Of a stretch of DNA of 64,000 bases, positions 10,326 to 19,594 are shown one piece after another. The translations under genes were made by a program, and so were the position numbers. The stretch's first letter is position 1. Each line of letters begins with the position of its first letter. The notes beneath the pieces are model-generated. The model was not told the DNA's origin. It did not search any database and was given only the letters and a program-made list of their open reading frames with translations. Source of the DNA: Spirochaetia bacterium (GTDB lineage: Bacteria > Spirochaetota > Spirochaetia > UBA9216); the NCBI GenBank assembly GCA_965140585.1, contig OZ223265.1, forward strand, positions 343,118 through 407,117, in the 5' to 3' direction.

Positions 10326-11585
10326 TTAATCAAGATTCAACGAGGCTATCCCCTCTTTCACAATCTCAAGCCCCTGCATTAATGTCTCGTCTTCAATTGT
10401 GAGCGGCGGCATTATTTTAAGCACACAGTCATCGGTTCCCGCAAGCTCAATAATAAGACCGCGCTCAAAGCATGCCCGGCTTGCAAGCTTGGCTGTGCCT
10501 GAGGGATATTTCTCAAAGTTAATACCCCAGATAAGACCGATTCCCCGATAATCCAGTTTCGGGCTGAGGGTCGGAACAGTCTCTTTCAGAAAAGCTTCAA
10601 CCATCGCTCCTTTTCGCTCTGTCTCATCCTCAATGTTGTTTTCAAGGGCAAACTCCAACCCTGCCTTGCCGGCCACCATTGCAAGCTGAAATCCACGAAA
10701 GGTTCCGTTATGCTCCCCCGGGGAGAAAACATCGAGTTCCGGCTTCAGCAGAGTAAGCGCAAAAGGCATGCCTATGCCGCCGCCTATTGATTTGGCGAGT
10801 ACTACGATATCAGGAACTATCCCTGCCCTTTCAAAAGAGAAGAATCTTCCGGTTCTTGCACAGCCCATCTGTATCTCATCGAGAATAAGCAGAATATCAT
10901 GTCTGTCACAGAAATCTCTTGCTGCTTTAAGCCAGTCTGAAGGAATGACATTTACACCGCCTTCGCCCTGTACAGCTTCAACAATAAGCGCTGCAGGCTT
11001 ATCAACACCGCTGTGATCATTGGTTAGAAGAGTCTCCATATAATGGATGGTATCAAAGTTTTCGAACATTCCAGGCGCCGGGATATGCGTAACATTTCCA
11101 AGAGGAACTCCGGCTGCATCCCTTGCCGCCCTCTCGGTACAGAGACTGAGCGAACCGAGAGTCATTCCATGAAACCCGCCCATGAGTGCGAATATATTTG
11201 TCCGTTTCTTAATCTTTCTGGCAAGCTTTAATGCTACCTCAACGGAATTGGTTCCGGTTGGACCTGGAAAGAGGAGCTTATATTCAAGTCCGCGGGGTTT
11301 AAGAATTTTTTCTTCAAGAAATTCAATAAACTCACCCTTGGCGGTCGAGAACATATCCAGCCCGTGGATAATTCCGTCTCTCTTCAGGTATTCTATGACC
11401 CTGTCCTTTATTGCGTCATTGTTATGACCATAGTTCAGACTTCCGGCACCTGAGAGGAAATCTATGTATTTCTTTCCCTGTTCATCTATCAGGAAAGCAT
11501 TCTTTGCTGTGTTGAACACAGTCGGGAATTTGCGGCAATAAGATCTTACATTACTTTCATACATTTCGTATGTATCAAGATTCAT
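10326..11585 (-). CDS. ectB: diaminobutyrate-2-oxoglutarate transaminase
   Basis: Motifs ESNVRSYCR, GAGSLNYGHNN, FPGPTGTN, QGEGG, DEIQMGC and PGEHNGTFRG. ATG at 11585 follows an AGGGGG RBS. Confidence 0.88.
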   Translation of the reverse strand: MNLDTYEMYESNVRSYCRKFPTVFNTAKNAFLIDEQGKKYIDFLSGAGSLNYGHNNDAIKDRVIEYLKRDGIIHGLDMFSTAKGEFIEFLEEKILKPRGLEYKLLFPGPTGTNSVEVALKLARKIKKRTNIFALMGGFHGMTLGSLSLCTERAARDAAGVPLGNVTHIPAPGMFENFDTIHYMETLLTNDHSGVDKPAALIVEAVQGEGGVNVIPSDWLKAARDFCDRHDILLILDEIQMGCARTGRFFSFERAGIVPDIVVLAKSIGGGIGMPFALTLLKPELDVFSPGEHNGTFRGFQLAMVAGKAGLEFALENNIEDETERKGAMVEAFLKETVPTLSPKLDYRGIGLIWGINFEKYPSGTAKLASRACFERGLIIELAGTDDCVLKIMPPLTIEDETLMQGLEIVKEGIASLNLD

Positions 11586-11717
11586 ATTGAAGTACCCCCT
11601 ATTCTGGTTTTTGTAGAAATCAATAGACAATACACAGTTATTTCGGGTGAGTAAAGATAAAAAATGTCGATTTATTAGAAATTTATCAAGAATTAATTAG
11701 AGCTATAACAGAGCCTC

Positions 11718-11761
11718 AAAAAAAAGAAGCAGGTCCGGCTTTCAGCTGAAACCGAACCTGC
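11718..11761 (-). terminator. intrinsic terminator of creD
   Basis: Imperfect stem GCAGGT-CCGGCTTTCAG/CTGAAACCG-AACCTGC, followed by a T-run on the minus strand. Confidence 0.7.
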
Positions 11762-11812
11762 AAAGATAGAGAGGATATGTCAAACAGGCTGGAGGGGGCC
11801 TGCCGGAGCCAG

Positions 11813-13165
11813 TTATTCCCCGGACTTATAGAAGTCGATTTTACGGGTAATAAACATCAGAAAGCCCGTGATTGCAAAAACACCTACCGAACCGATGAGA
11901 AGCGACCAATCTTCCGACTGAAGTGCAATAAAAAGAAACAGATAAACAGCAGTCATTACCGGTGCCATATACCAGGCCTTTTTATCGCCTTTCAGAACTG
12001 AAAAAGTATAGAGACAGAGCATGATGGTAACCGAGGCTGCGGATACAAGGTAGGAGAGATTAAAGCTGATATGCTCGGACATCGAGAGCAATAAAAGATA
12101 GAATATTATATTCGCGATCCCGGCGAGTATGTACTGAATAACATGAATCCGGCGCCTGAAGAAGTGCTCAAACAAAAACAGGGTAATAAAGGGTATAAGA
12201 ATAAAAAGTACAGCATATTTGGCAGCCCTTTCATTCTGCTCATAGTGGTCATGAATATTTATAAGCCCTGCATTTATTCCGGCGTCATACAGCTGATATT
12301 CATCAAAGGTCTTTCTGTCATCCCATTTAACCGGGAGTCCGCTTGAAAGACTGCTGCAGTTCCAGACGGCAGAGAAACCGGCGTCAGTAATGTTATGTTC
12401 TGCAGGAAGAGAAAAACCGCTGAAAGAAGGAGACAGCCAGTCCGCGGCTATACTGATCGCAGACGATGAAGCCAGGGGCAAAATCCTGACATTTTCAGCT
12501 CCGGCAGCAAGAATATTGAAATAAAACCCGAAGTTCTCAAGTGAAGCATCAGCTAAGGGAGCCTCCGAATAGATTCCGCCATTACCGAGCTTCAGCCCCC
12601 TGTTTCCGGGTTTAAAGGTGACATTATTTCCATTCCAGGATGCTTCAGCAATACCTCGTATTCCTTTCTGATTGAAAAATGGAATAATTATTTCAGCCTG
12701 ACCGGGATGCAGCACTTCATTTTCGGCTGCATCAGAGGCTAAATCAGCAAGATTAAAACTGCCCTTCAATTCAATACTGCCTGTAAAAACCGGTGTGTAG
12801 AAAATCCCCCTGAATTTATTTTCAGTATCAAGGACTACATTTATATCAAGAGACTCCGGGCTGTACCACATAGAAAAAGATTCTTCATAGTACTCTCTGC
12901 TTTTATGTCCGTCCGCATCGGTAATTACACGTTCAATTCTTCTGGTTCCCGGAACCTTCAGTACAGGACCCGCAAAACTCAATTCCCCGCCTGCGGCAGA
13001 GGATATTTCGCTTTTTACTTCATAAGCCCTGTAAAGGCGCTCATTTATAAGCGATCTCACCATCGAAAGCGGTATAAGCATTATAAGTGTCAGAACCACC
13101 AGTACCGCAGCCTTGAAACCCTGAGTTCCGGTTATCTGCGACAGTTTTTTCTGTCTCTGTGTCAT
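11813..13165 (-). CDS. creD: inner membrane protein CreD
   Basis: N-terminal TM (LMLIPL), PSFSGFSLP, ERAAKYAVLFI, IHVIQY, LLLSMSEH and MFITRKIDFY. Confidence 0.88.
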   Translation of the reverse strand: MTQRQKKLSQITGTQGFKAAVLVVLTLIMLIPLSMVRSLINERLYRAYEVKSEISSAAGGELSFAGPVLKVPGTRRIERVITDADGHKSREYYEESFSMWYSPESLDINVVLDTENKFRGIFYTPVFTGSIELKGSFNLADLASDAAENEVLHPGQAEIIIPFFNQKGIRGIAEASWNGNNVTFKPGNRGLKLGNGGIYSEAPLADASLENFGFYFNILAAGAENVRILPLASSSAISIAADWLSPSFSGFSLPAEHNITDAGFSAVWNCSSLSSGLPVKWDDRKTFDEYQLYDAGINAGLINIHDHYEQNERAAKYAVLFILIPFITLFLFEHFFRRRIHVIQYILAGIANIIFYLLLLSMSEHISFNLSYLVSAASVTIMLCLYTFSVLKGDKKAWYMAPVMTAVYLFLFIALQSEDWSLLIGSVGVFAITGFLMFITRKIDFYKSGE

Positions 13166-13222
13166 AGAATTACTCCTTCATAATTTGATACCAAGCTTAT
13201 ACCCGATCCCGGGCGTTACCGC

Positions 13223-13249
13223 GGCAGAAAAAAGGCAGAATTATGGCAG
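13223..13249 (-). promoter_or_regulatory. three direct repeats at 11-bp period, candidate OmpR-family (ChvI/CreB-type) binding site for creD
   Basis: Minus strand reads CTGCC-N6-CTGCC-N6-CTGCC, directly upstream of the -35 position of a TAAGCT -10 box at 13194-13199. Confidence 0.65.
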
Positions 13250-13309
13250 TTAATAATAGTGTTTAAAGTCATGATTACAGTTCGATATAATTGTGGTATT
13301 TTATTGAAT

Positions 13310-14002
13310 ATGCATAGTGTTGCCGTTGTTGATGATGAACAGGGAATAAGAAATCTCATATCTCTGGCTCTCCGTGAGGAAGGCTTTGATGTAAGCGAAT
13401 ATTCAAATGGAGAAACCGCCTGGACCGACTTCAAAGAACAGAGGCCGGATGTCATTGTACTTGATATAATGATGCCCCGGATTAACGGTCTTGAGCTCTG
13501 CCGCAGAATAAGAAGCATAGACAGTGCTGTTCCAGTTATTTTTTTATCATCACGGGATGATGAATACGACAGGGTCCTGGGTCTTGAAACCGGGGCGGAT
13601 GACTACGTTTGCAAACCGTTCAGCATGATGGAGCTTACAGCACGAATACGGGCTGCCGTAAGGCGGACCGGCGCATCTGTTCCTGCCTGCAATGCCTGGA
13701 ATATAGAAACAGGTCCGCTTCAGATGTGCTCGACAGAACTGTTATGCCGTTGGAAGGCGCAGCAGGTAAAACTGTCGGTTACAGAGTTCAGGATTCTCGA
13801 ATCTCTGGCGGCTGTGCCCGGAACCGTTAAAACCAGGGAGCAGCTGATGTCAGCCGCCTTCCCCGAAGATTTGTATGTCAACGACAAGGCCGCCGACAGT
13901 CATATAAAGCGTATAAGAAAAAAAATCAAGGATTTTGATTCCGATGCTGAAGTATTTGAAGCTGTCTACGGACTTGGATACCGCTTGAGGATTGATGAAT
14001 GA
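13310..14002 (+). CDS. OmpR-family response regulator, ChvI-like
   Basis: Receiver domain (VVDDE, DIMMP, GADDYVCKPF). The C-terminus VKTREQLM...DSHIKRIRKK...VYGLGYR resembles ChvI. Confidence 0.88.
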   Translation: MHSVAVVDDEQGIRNLISLALREEGFDVSEYSNGETAWTDFKEQRPDVIVLDIMMPRINGLELCRRIRSIDSAVPVIFLSSRDDEYDRVLGLETGADDYVCKPFSMMELTARIRAAVRRTGASVPACNAWNIETGPLQMCSTELLCRWKAQQVKLSVTEFRILESLAAVPGTVKTREQLMSAAFPEDLYVNDKAADSHIKRIRKKIKDFDSDAEVFEAVYGLGYRLRIDE

Positions 14003-15591
14003 AGTTCGGACTCCGGAAAATATCGGTAAAGCTGCTGGCTTTCAACATTCTGCTGCTTTCTCTGCCTATGGCAAGCATACTTTATCTGGACACATACGAG
14101 AGCCAGCTGCTGAAAGCCCAGGAAAACTCGATGATACAGCAGGGACGAATGCTGAGCGCTGCACTGAACGCCTCGGAGAACCTGAAGGAGGATTCAGAGC
14201 GGATAATAGGAGATCTCAGGCAGCGGGTTGATTCAAGAATAAGAATAGTTGATGCGCAGGGGAGGCTTCTTGCAGATTCGGCACGTCAACAGGACACGCC
14301 TGAGCTGCTCGAAAATGAATGGACAGCCTCAAAACGGGCAGCTTCCGGATCCTATGAAAAATATTCTGAAGAAATCACCGCAGCGCAGGATACTCTGCTT
14401 TACAGAATCTCTGTCTATCCGCTGAATACAATTGAAAAACTGATATTTCCGCCCTCTCCCGACATGGGCAGCGGTGAATACTACAGCGGAAAAACAATAC
14501 TCGACGGCGCCGAAATCAAAGCGGCGCTAAGCGGCCGGTACGGAGCAGCAACCAGACTTTCCACCGGCGGCCAGCGTTCAATAAACCTCTACTCGGCGCT
14601 TCCGGTTTACTCCGATGAACAGCAGTTCGAGGTCTGCGGGGCGGTTCTGGTTTCGCGGTCAACCTACCAGATTCTCAGCTACCTTTATGAACTACGTCTT
14701 GATATTATCCGGATATTCCTGCTTTTTCTTGCAATTTCGGTACTGCTTTCAATTATTCTTGCCCGCAGCATAACAATTCCGGTAGTGAAATTGAAAAACG
14801 AAGCCGGAACAATCCTTGACAGTTCAGGTAACTTTAGAAACCATTTCACCGGATTTAGACGGGGTGATGAAATAGGCGAACTTTCACGCTCACTTACAAA
14901 ACTCAGCGGTGATCTGGAAAACAAGATGGAGTTCATAGACAGATTTACTTCTGACATGCTGCACGAACTTAAAAACCCGCTCTCTACAATAAAAGCCTCT
15001 GCCGAAATTGCCTCTAAAAAAGCTGCAAAGCTGTCCGAAGACCCGGACCTCTCGATCCTGCTGAACCAGATTCTTGATGAAGAGAAACGGATGGAGAGAC
15101 AGCTTGGTGAACTTCGTGAAATCAGCAGCCTTGAAAATATGTTTGAAACTGAAAAAAAGGAAGAGGTTAATCTTTGTGTGGTTCTTCCAGTTATCCTATC
15201 AAGATACAGCCGGATAAAATTCACCGACCTGACAGGCAAAGAATGCGACATCAGAATAAACATAGACCGCCTTGTTCAGGCAGTGACGAATCCTGTTGAT
15301 AACGCCGTCTCATTCAGTCCGGGAGGGGCTGATGTAGAAGTAATGCTCTGTGACGATGAGAACACATGCAGGATTGAAATATCAGATGCCGGGCCTGGAG
15401 TTCCGGCAGGCACAGAACAGGAAGTGTTCAGACGGTTCTATTCAGACCGGGGTGATGAAGATCGGAAAAATCATTCCGGCCTGGGATTATCCATTGTGCA
15501 GGCGATTACCGACTACTACGGCGGGAGCTGCAGCATAGAAAACCGTAAGCCGGGAGGCTGCCGCTTTGTCCTCTGCTTTCCGAAGGCCTGA
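13999..15591 (+). CDS. sensor histidine kinase, ChvG/CreC-like
   Basis: Two TMs, HAMP (DEIGEL), H-box HELKNPL, N-box NAVSFS, DAGPG and GLGL. Confidence 0.9.
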   Translation: MKFGLRKISVKLLAFNILLLSLPMASILYLDTYESQLLKAQENSMIQQGRMLSAALNASENLKEDSERIIGDLRQRVDSRIRIVDAQGRLLADSARQQDTPELLENEWTASKRAASGSYEKYSEEITAAQDTLLYRISVYPLNTIEKLIFPPSPDMGSGEYYSGKTILDGAEIKAALSGRYGAATRLSTGGQRSINLYSALPVYSDEQQFEVCGAVLVSRSTYQILSYLYELRLDIIRIFLLFLAISVLLSIILARSITIPVVKLKNEAGTILDSSGNFRNHFTGFRRGDEIGELSRSLTKLSGDLENKMEFIDRFTSDMLHELKNPLSTIKASAEIASKKAAKLSEDPDLSILLNQILDEEKRMERQLGELREISSLENMFETEKKEEVNLCVVLPVILSRYSRIKFTDLTGKECDIRINIDRLVQAVTNPVDNAVSFSPGGADVEVMLCDDENTCRIEISDAGPGVPAGTEQEVFRRFYSDRGDEDRKNHSGLGLSIVQAITDYYGGSCSIENRKPGGCRFVLCFPKA

Positions 15592-15638
15592 ACAAAGCAG
15601 CAGAAGTCTGCAGAAAAGACAGAACCGGATCACTGTGT

Positions 15639-16226
15639 TTAAACAGCTTTTTTAACTATCTCATTGATAAAGTATTCATGCACACCGGAATATCCGGCAA
15701 GCTCGGGATGAAAACTGGAAGCAAGGATATTGCCCTGATGCAACATTACGGGGCTGTCACGCCATGATGATAGAACTTCCACATCCTCTCTAAAACTGAC
15801 AACTTTAGGCGCCCTGATAAAAATACCGACAAAATAGCCGCCTTCCATCGGGCCGGACTCCCACTTAAGCGGAGCCTCAAAGCTGTCGGCCTGGGATCCG
15901 TAGGCATTGCGTTCAACCTCAATATCCATCACATCAAGCGTCTTTACGGTTTTTCCCCCGGAGGCTGATTTCGACAGCATGATCATTCCGGCACAGGTAC
16001 CGAATACCGGAAATCCGTCAGCAATCTTTTCTTTAAGCGGTTCAAACATGCCGTTACGTACAAGCAGATCAGCAATCACAGAGCTCTCACCGCCGGGAAT
16101 AACAAGAGCATCCGCCGCGGCCAGCTCCCTTTGAGTCCGAACCTCGGATACTTCAGTACCCATTTTTTCAAGAATGCCCAGGTGGGCGGAAAATCCGCCC
16201 TGCAGAGCAAGCACACCTATTGTCAT
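15639..16226 (-). CDS. pdxT: pyridoxal 5'-phosphate synthase glutaminase subunit
   Basis: Motifs GVLALQG, PGGES, GTCAG, FIRAP and FHPE. Confidence 0.95.
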   Translation of the reverse strand: MTIGVLALQGGFSAHLGILEKMGTEVSEVRTQRELAAADALVIPGGESSVIADLLVRNGMFEPLKEKIADGFPVFGTCAGMIMLSKSASGGKTVKTLDVMDIEVERNAYGSQADSFEAPLKWESGPMEGGYFVGIFIRAPKVVSFREDVEVLSSWRDSPVMLHQGNILASSFHPELAGYSGVHEYFINEIVKKAV

Positions 16227-16227
16227 T

Positions 16228-17118
16228 TCACCATCCTCTGACAGCTATACGCTGTTCCGGAAGCAGTTCATCCATATTTATTCCAGTCATCGGCGCGCCA
16301 AGATTTCTAGACACGGAAACAAGCCTCTCCGCATCTTCATAGTGACTCACCGCTTCAACTATTGCTGATGCTCTTTTAGCCGGATCGGATGATTTAAAAA
16401 TACCTGAACCGACAAACACAGACTCCGCGCCCAGATACATCATTAAAGCGGCATCGGCAGGAGTTGCCACACCGCCAGCTGAAAAGTTCGGCACCGGAAG
16501 CCGCCCCGCCTCCGCCGTCAGGATAACAAGCTCTGCCGGAGCCCCTAGCTCCTTTGCTTTTGATACAAGGGTTTCCCGAGGCAGAGAAGCGAGCTGAGCA
16601 ATATCCTCTTTCAGAGTGCGCATGTGACGTACTGCCTCTACGATATCTCCGGTACCCGCCTCACCCTTGGTCCTGATTAAAGCCGCGCCCTCAGCCATAC
16701 GTCTTAGAGCTTCTCCAAGGTTACGGCAGCCGCAGACGAAGGGAACGCTAAAATCATGTTTGTAGACATGGTAGCGATCATCAGCCGGGGTAAGGACCTC
16801 CGATTCATCGATAAAGTCTATTTTCATAGCCTCAAGCATCCTCGCTTCCATCACGTGACCGATTCTGCATTTTGCCATGACAGGAATGGATACAGCTTCC
16901 TGAATCCGCTGTATCAAATCAGGATCGCTCATTCTGACAACTCCGCCCGAGGCACGTATATCAGCCGGAACACGCTCCAGGGCCATAACCGCCGAAGCTC
17001 CTGCGTCTTCGGCAATTTTAGCATGTTCTTCGGTGACTACATCCATAATCACGCCGCCCTTGAGCATCTCGGCAAGACCGACCTTAAGTTTCCATGTCGC
17101 ATTTTGTTTTTCTTTCAT
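16228..17118 (-). CDS. pdxS: pyridoxal 5'-phosphate synthase lyase subunit
   Basis: Motifs [40 protein letters not shown] and [10 protein letters not shown]. Confidence 0.97.
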   Translation of the reverse strand: MKEKQNATWKLKVGLAEMLKGGVIMDVVTEEHAKIAEDAGASAVMALERVPADIRASGGVVRMSDPDLIQRIQEAVSIPVMAKCRIGHVMEARMLEAMKIDFIDESEVLTPADDRYHVYKHDFSVPFVCGCRNLGEALRRMAEGAALIRTKGEAGTGDIVEAVRHMRTLKEDIAQLASLPRETLVSKAKELGAPAELVILTAEAGRLPVPNFSAGGVATPADAALMMYLGAESVFVGSGIFKSSDPAKRASAIVEAVSHYEDAERLVSVSRNLGAPMTGINMDELLPEQRIAVRGW

Positions 17119-17136
17119 CTAATCCTCCGATGAAGA

Positions 17137-17910
17137 TCAGTTCAGATTATACAGATGAATCTGTTCGAGTCCGAGGAGGACAAGTTCGGGAACATTTTTG
17201 TCGAATAGGCCGAAGCCTGAATAGAGATCAGCATACATCCCGGTAGAGATAATCCTGCAGCCTTCGGAAGAAAAACACTCATCCTCCATACGGCCGGTAA
17301 GTTCCTTCAGCATTCCAAGGGTACCGTAATACAGTCCGCTCTGAATTCCGCCGGACACATCCCGGGCACAGACCTTTTCAACAGGCTGTATTTCAACCAC
17401 CGGCAAGCCCGCAGTCCTTGTAGACAGGGCTTCCATAGCAACGGCAAGCCCGGGAATCAGGGTACCGCCGAGGTATTCGCCTGCCGAACTGACCGCGCAG
17501 AGGCTTGTAGCCGTACCGAAGTCAACGATAATCAGGTTTTCATCCGGATACAGTTTGGAAGCCGCCACAGCGTTTGCAATAAGATCAGCCCCAAGCTCAC
17601 GGGGATTTGAATACCTCAGCTTAAGCCCGCTTTTCACGCCGGCCTTCAGGCTAAGGGCCTGAATACCGAAATATTTCCTGATGCAGCCGTTCATAACCGC
17701 ATTGAGCTCCGGCACAACCGAGCAGAAGACTGCATCGTCAACGTCATCCCGGCTTTTCCCGTTTGCAGCCAGCCAGCTCAGAAAAAAGAGTCCAAGCTCA
17801 TCCTCCGTCAAGGCAGAAGCCGTACTCTTTCTGAAATCGGCTAGAAGCCTTCCTTCCTTCAGGAGTCCGCCGAAGATTACAGTGCTGCCGATATCAACCG
17901 CAAGAACCAT
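17137..17910 (-). CDS. coaX: type III pantothenate kinase family protein with motif variants
   Basis: Motifs VDIGST, SVVP, LGADL, DFGTATS and GGTLIPG. Likely ATG at 17910. Confidence 0.8.
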   Translation of the reverse strand: MVLAVDIGSTVIFGGLLKEGRLLADFRKSTASALTEDELGLFFLSWLAANGKSRDDVDDAVFCSVVPELNAVMNGCIRKYFGIQALSLKAGVKSGLKLRYSNPRELGADLIANAVAASKLYPDENLIIVDFGTATSLCAVSSAGEYLGGTLIPGLAVAMEALSTRTAGLPVVEIQPVEKVCARDVSGGIQSGLYYGTLGMLKELTGRMEDECFSSEGCRIISTGMYADLYSGFGLFDKNVPELVLLGLEQIHLYNLN

Positions 17911-17977
17911 AACCCTTCCCTTCTTCAATATTCTTTATGTGTAAATTTAAAATTTGCTGATTACTGAATTTGTTCAT
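17894..17977 (-). CDS. putative 27-aa leader ORF overlapping the coaX start
   Basis: GGGGAGG RBS then ATG at 17977: MNKFSNQQILNLHIKNIEEGKGYGSCG. Its stop lies just inside coaX. Confidence 0.35.
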   Translation of the reverse strand: MNKFSNQQILNLHIKNIEEGKGYGSCG

Positions 17978-18121
17978 TAGTACCTGTCCTCCCCAGATCA
18001 AGTCTGAACCAATTAATAAGATATGATTTAAATTCTGCACATCATGGCCGCTGAACCAGTCGACCTGATTATCTCAATTTAATTACTCCCGCTTGTATAG
18101 TCAAGAAGAGACGGCTATTTA

Positions 18122-18150
18122 TTGCCGGGATTGTTTTTCTGGTATATATT
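18122..18150 (+). promoter_or_regulatory. sigma70-like promoter of the lipoprotein/PqqD cassette
   Basis: TTGCCG-N17-TATATT, ending 9 nt before ATG 18160. Confidence 0.5.
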
Positions 18151-18159
18151 TGGAAACAT

Positions 18160-18372
18160 ATGAAAAAAATTACAGCCGTATTACTAATGTTAATGCTAAT
18201 AATCGGTTTTTCCCTTTCCGCCTGTAATCCCGATCCCGGGGCAGGTACCGACACGACCGATACCGACACGGAACAGGATTATCCGGATACTGATACTGAC
18301 AGCGATACTGCAGCATCAGATTCAGATACTTCAGAACCTGACGACACTTCCGGAGCGTCTACCTCAGGCTGA
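18160..18372 (+). CDS. small acidic Asp/Thr/Ser-rich lipoprotein, candidate precursor or substrate of the downstream modification cassette
   Basis: MKK, hydrophobic core and lipobox LSA-C22. The 49-aa mature part has 13 Asp, 11 Thr, 7 Ser and no Lys/Arg. Confidence 0.75.
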   Translation: MKKITAVLLMLMLIIGFSLSACNPDPGAGTDTTDTDTEQDYPDTDTDSDTAASDSDTSEPDDTSGASTSG

Positions 18373-18424
18373 CATGCGTGGGGGCCTTATTACAGAAAAC
18401 AGCAGTTTTTCATAAAACAAAAAT

Positions 18425-19594
18425 ATGATAAAGTCTTTTTGTAAAATGAAATTAAGCACAAGACTATCAGAGGAAGAGAATTTCATACTCAGTTTCTTTA
18501 CGGATCGAAAAGACCGGACTGCAGAAGCCGGGATAAACACCGCCGATCTTGACTGGAATTTCATTTTTAAACTTCTTCAAACTCATAAACTGCTGAGAAG
18601 TTTCGCACATCTTATATTGGATGAGTCGGAAAGCAGACTTTCTGAAAGGACAATATCTGCATTGCAGCGGATTGATAAACTTGCCGCTGTAGAAAAAAAG
18701 ATATATTTTGAAAAACTTGAACTTATAAAATCACTTCTTGAAAAAGCCGGTATCGAGCTCTGCCTCTTAAAGGGATTCAGCCTTGGCAGCGCCGAAGCCC
18801 CGCGGGATGTGAACGACCTGGATCTCCTGATAAAGGAGAAGGATATAGCGGAAGTACACCGGATTATGCTTGAAAACGGATTCACCTACAAGGGTGATGA
18901 CAGAAAGCTTTATCTGAAAAGCGAAGATCTGGACGGTAATATAGACTCCCTTAAAAACTGGACTAATCAGTTTGAATACCTCGCGAAAAAAGATGATCTG
19001 CTCACTGAAATTCACACCCACCCATTTGAAAGGAGCCGGGTTTACAGTTTCAACCTTGATAAACTATGGCTGCACAGCGACCTTCTTCTCGAACGGGCGG
19101 TTTATTCCAAAGATTTAGACTGCAGAATACTAACACCATCAGACAACCTCTGGCTTATCTGTATGCATAACGCTTTCAGGCGCTCGGTTGTAAAATATAA
19201 GTTTACACTACGGTACATTCTTGATATGAAATACCTGTGTTCACAGCCCGTTTTTGACTGGAAAGACTTTCTTGCGACTGCAGAAATCACCGACACTGTA
19301 GGTTTTTCGCTATTTTCACTGGAAATGCTTGAATACTTTTTTTCAGGAACAGTACCGGAAACAGTCATCATTACCCTTAAAACAAGGCTTCGAAAAAGCG
19401 AACGTTTTTTCAGACTCATCCAGCATGGCTGCCTTCACTCAATGACCGAATCAAAGCGGACATTCACAGTCCTTTATAGCATACTGCTGCCCTTCGTATA
19501 CGGGGGACAGTTAAAAAACAAGGTGAAAAGCATCTTCATCATACATCGGATCTTTAAACCGCCGGTAAAACGCTTTTTCAGAGGCTCAGTCTGA
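18425..19594 (+). CDS. nucleotidyltransferase family protein (NTP_transf_5-like, as found beside lasso/PqqD loci)
   Basis: Motifs DLDW, LLKG, PRDVNDLDLLI, EIH, LICMH, LRYILD and FDW. Confidence 0.8.
   Translation: MIKSFCKMKLSTRLSEEENFILSFFTDRKDRTAEAGINTADLDWNFIFKLLQTHKLLRSFAHLILDESESRLSERTISALQRIDKLAAVEKKIYFEKLELIKSLLEKAGIELCLLKGFSLGSAEAPRDVNDLDLLIKEKDIAEVHRIMLENGFTYKGDDRKLYLKSEDLDGNIDSLKNWTNQFEYLAKKDDLLTEIHTHPFERSRVYSFNLDKLWLHSDLLLERAVYSKDLDCRILTPSDNLWLICMHNAFRRSVVKYKFTLRYILDMKYLCSQPVFDWKDFLATAEITDTVGFSLFSLEMLEYFFSGTVPETVIITLKTRLRKSERFFRLIQHGCLHSMTESKRTFTVLYSILLPFVYGGQLKNKVKSIFIIHRIFKPPVKRFFRGSV

Noticed and set aside
18245-18350. GATACT/GACACG short repeats as a CRISPR array or VNTR
   Set aside because: These are degenerate codon-level repeats encoding Asp-Thr/Asp-Ser, with no repeat-spacer structure.
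18374-18415. 13-aa ORF MRGGLITENSSFS ending in Ser, as an alternative kinase substrate
   Set aside because: Too short to hold a leader plus core and has no RBS. It is likely a chance ORF, though not formally excluded.
18370-18444. Selenocysteine or readthrough at the lipoprotein TGA, giving the extension HAWGPYYRKQQFFIKQKYDKVFL
   Set aside because: No convincing SECIS-like hairpin follows the TGA, and the composition changes abruptly.
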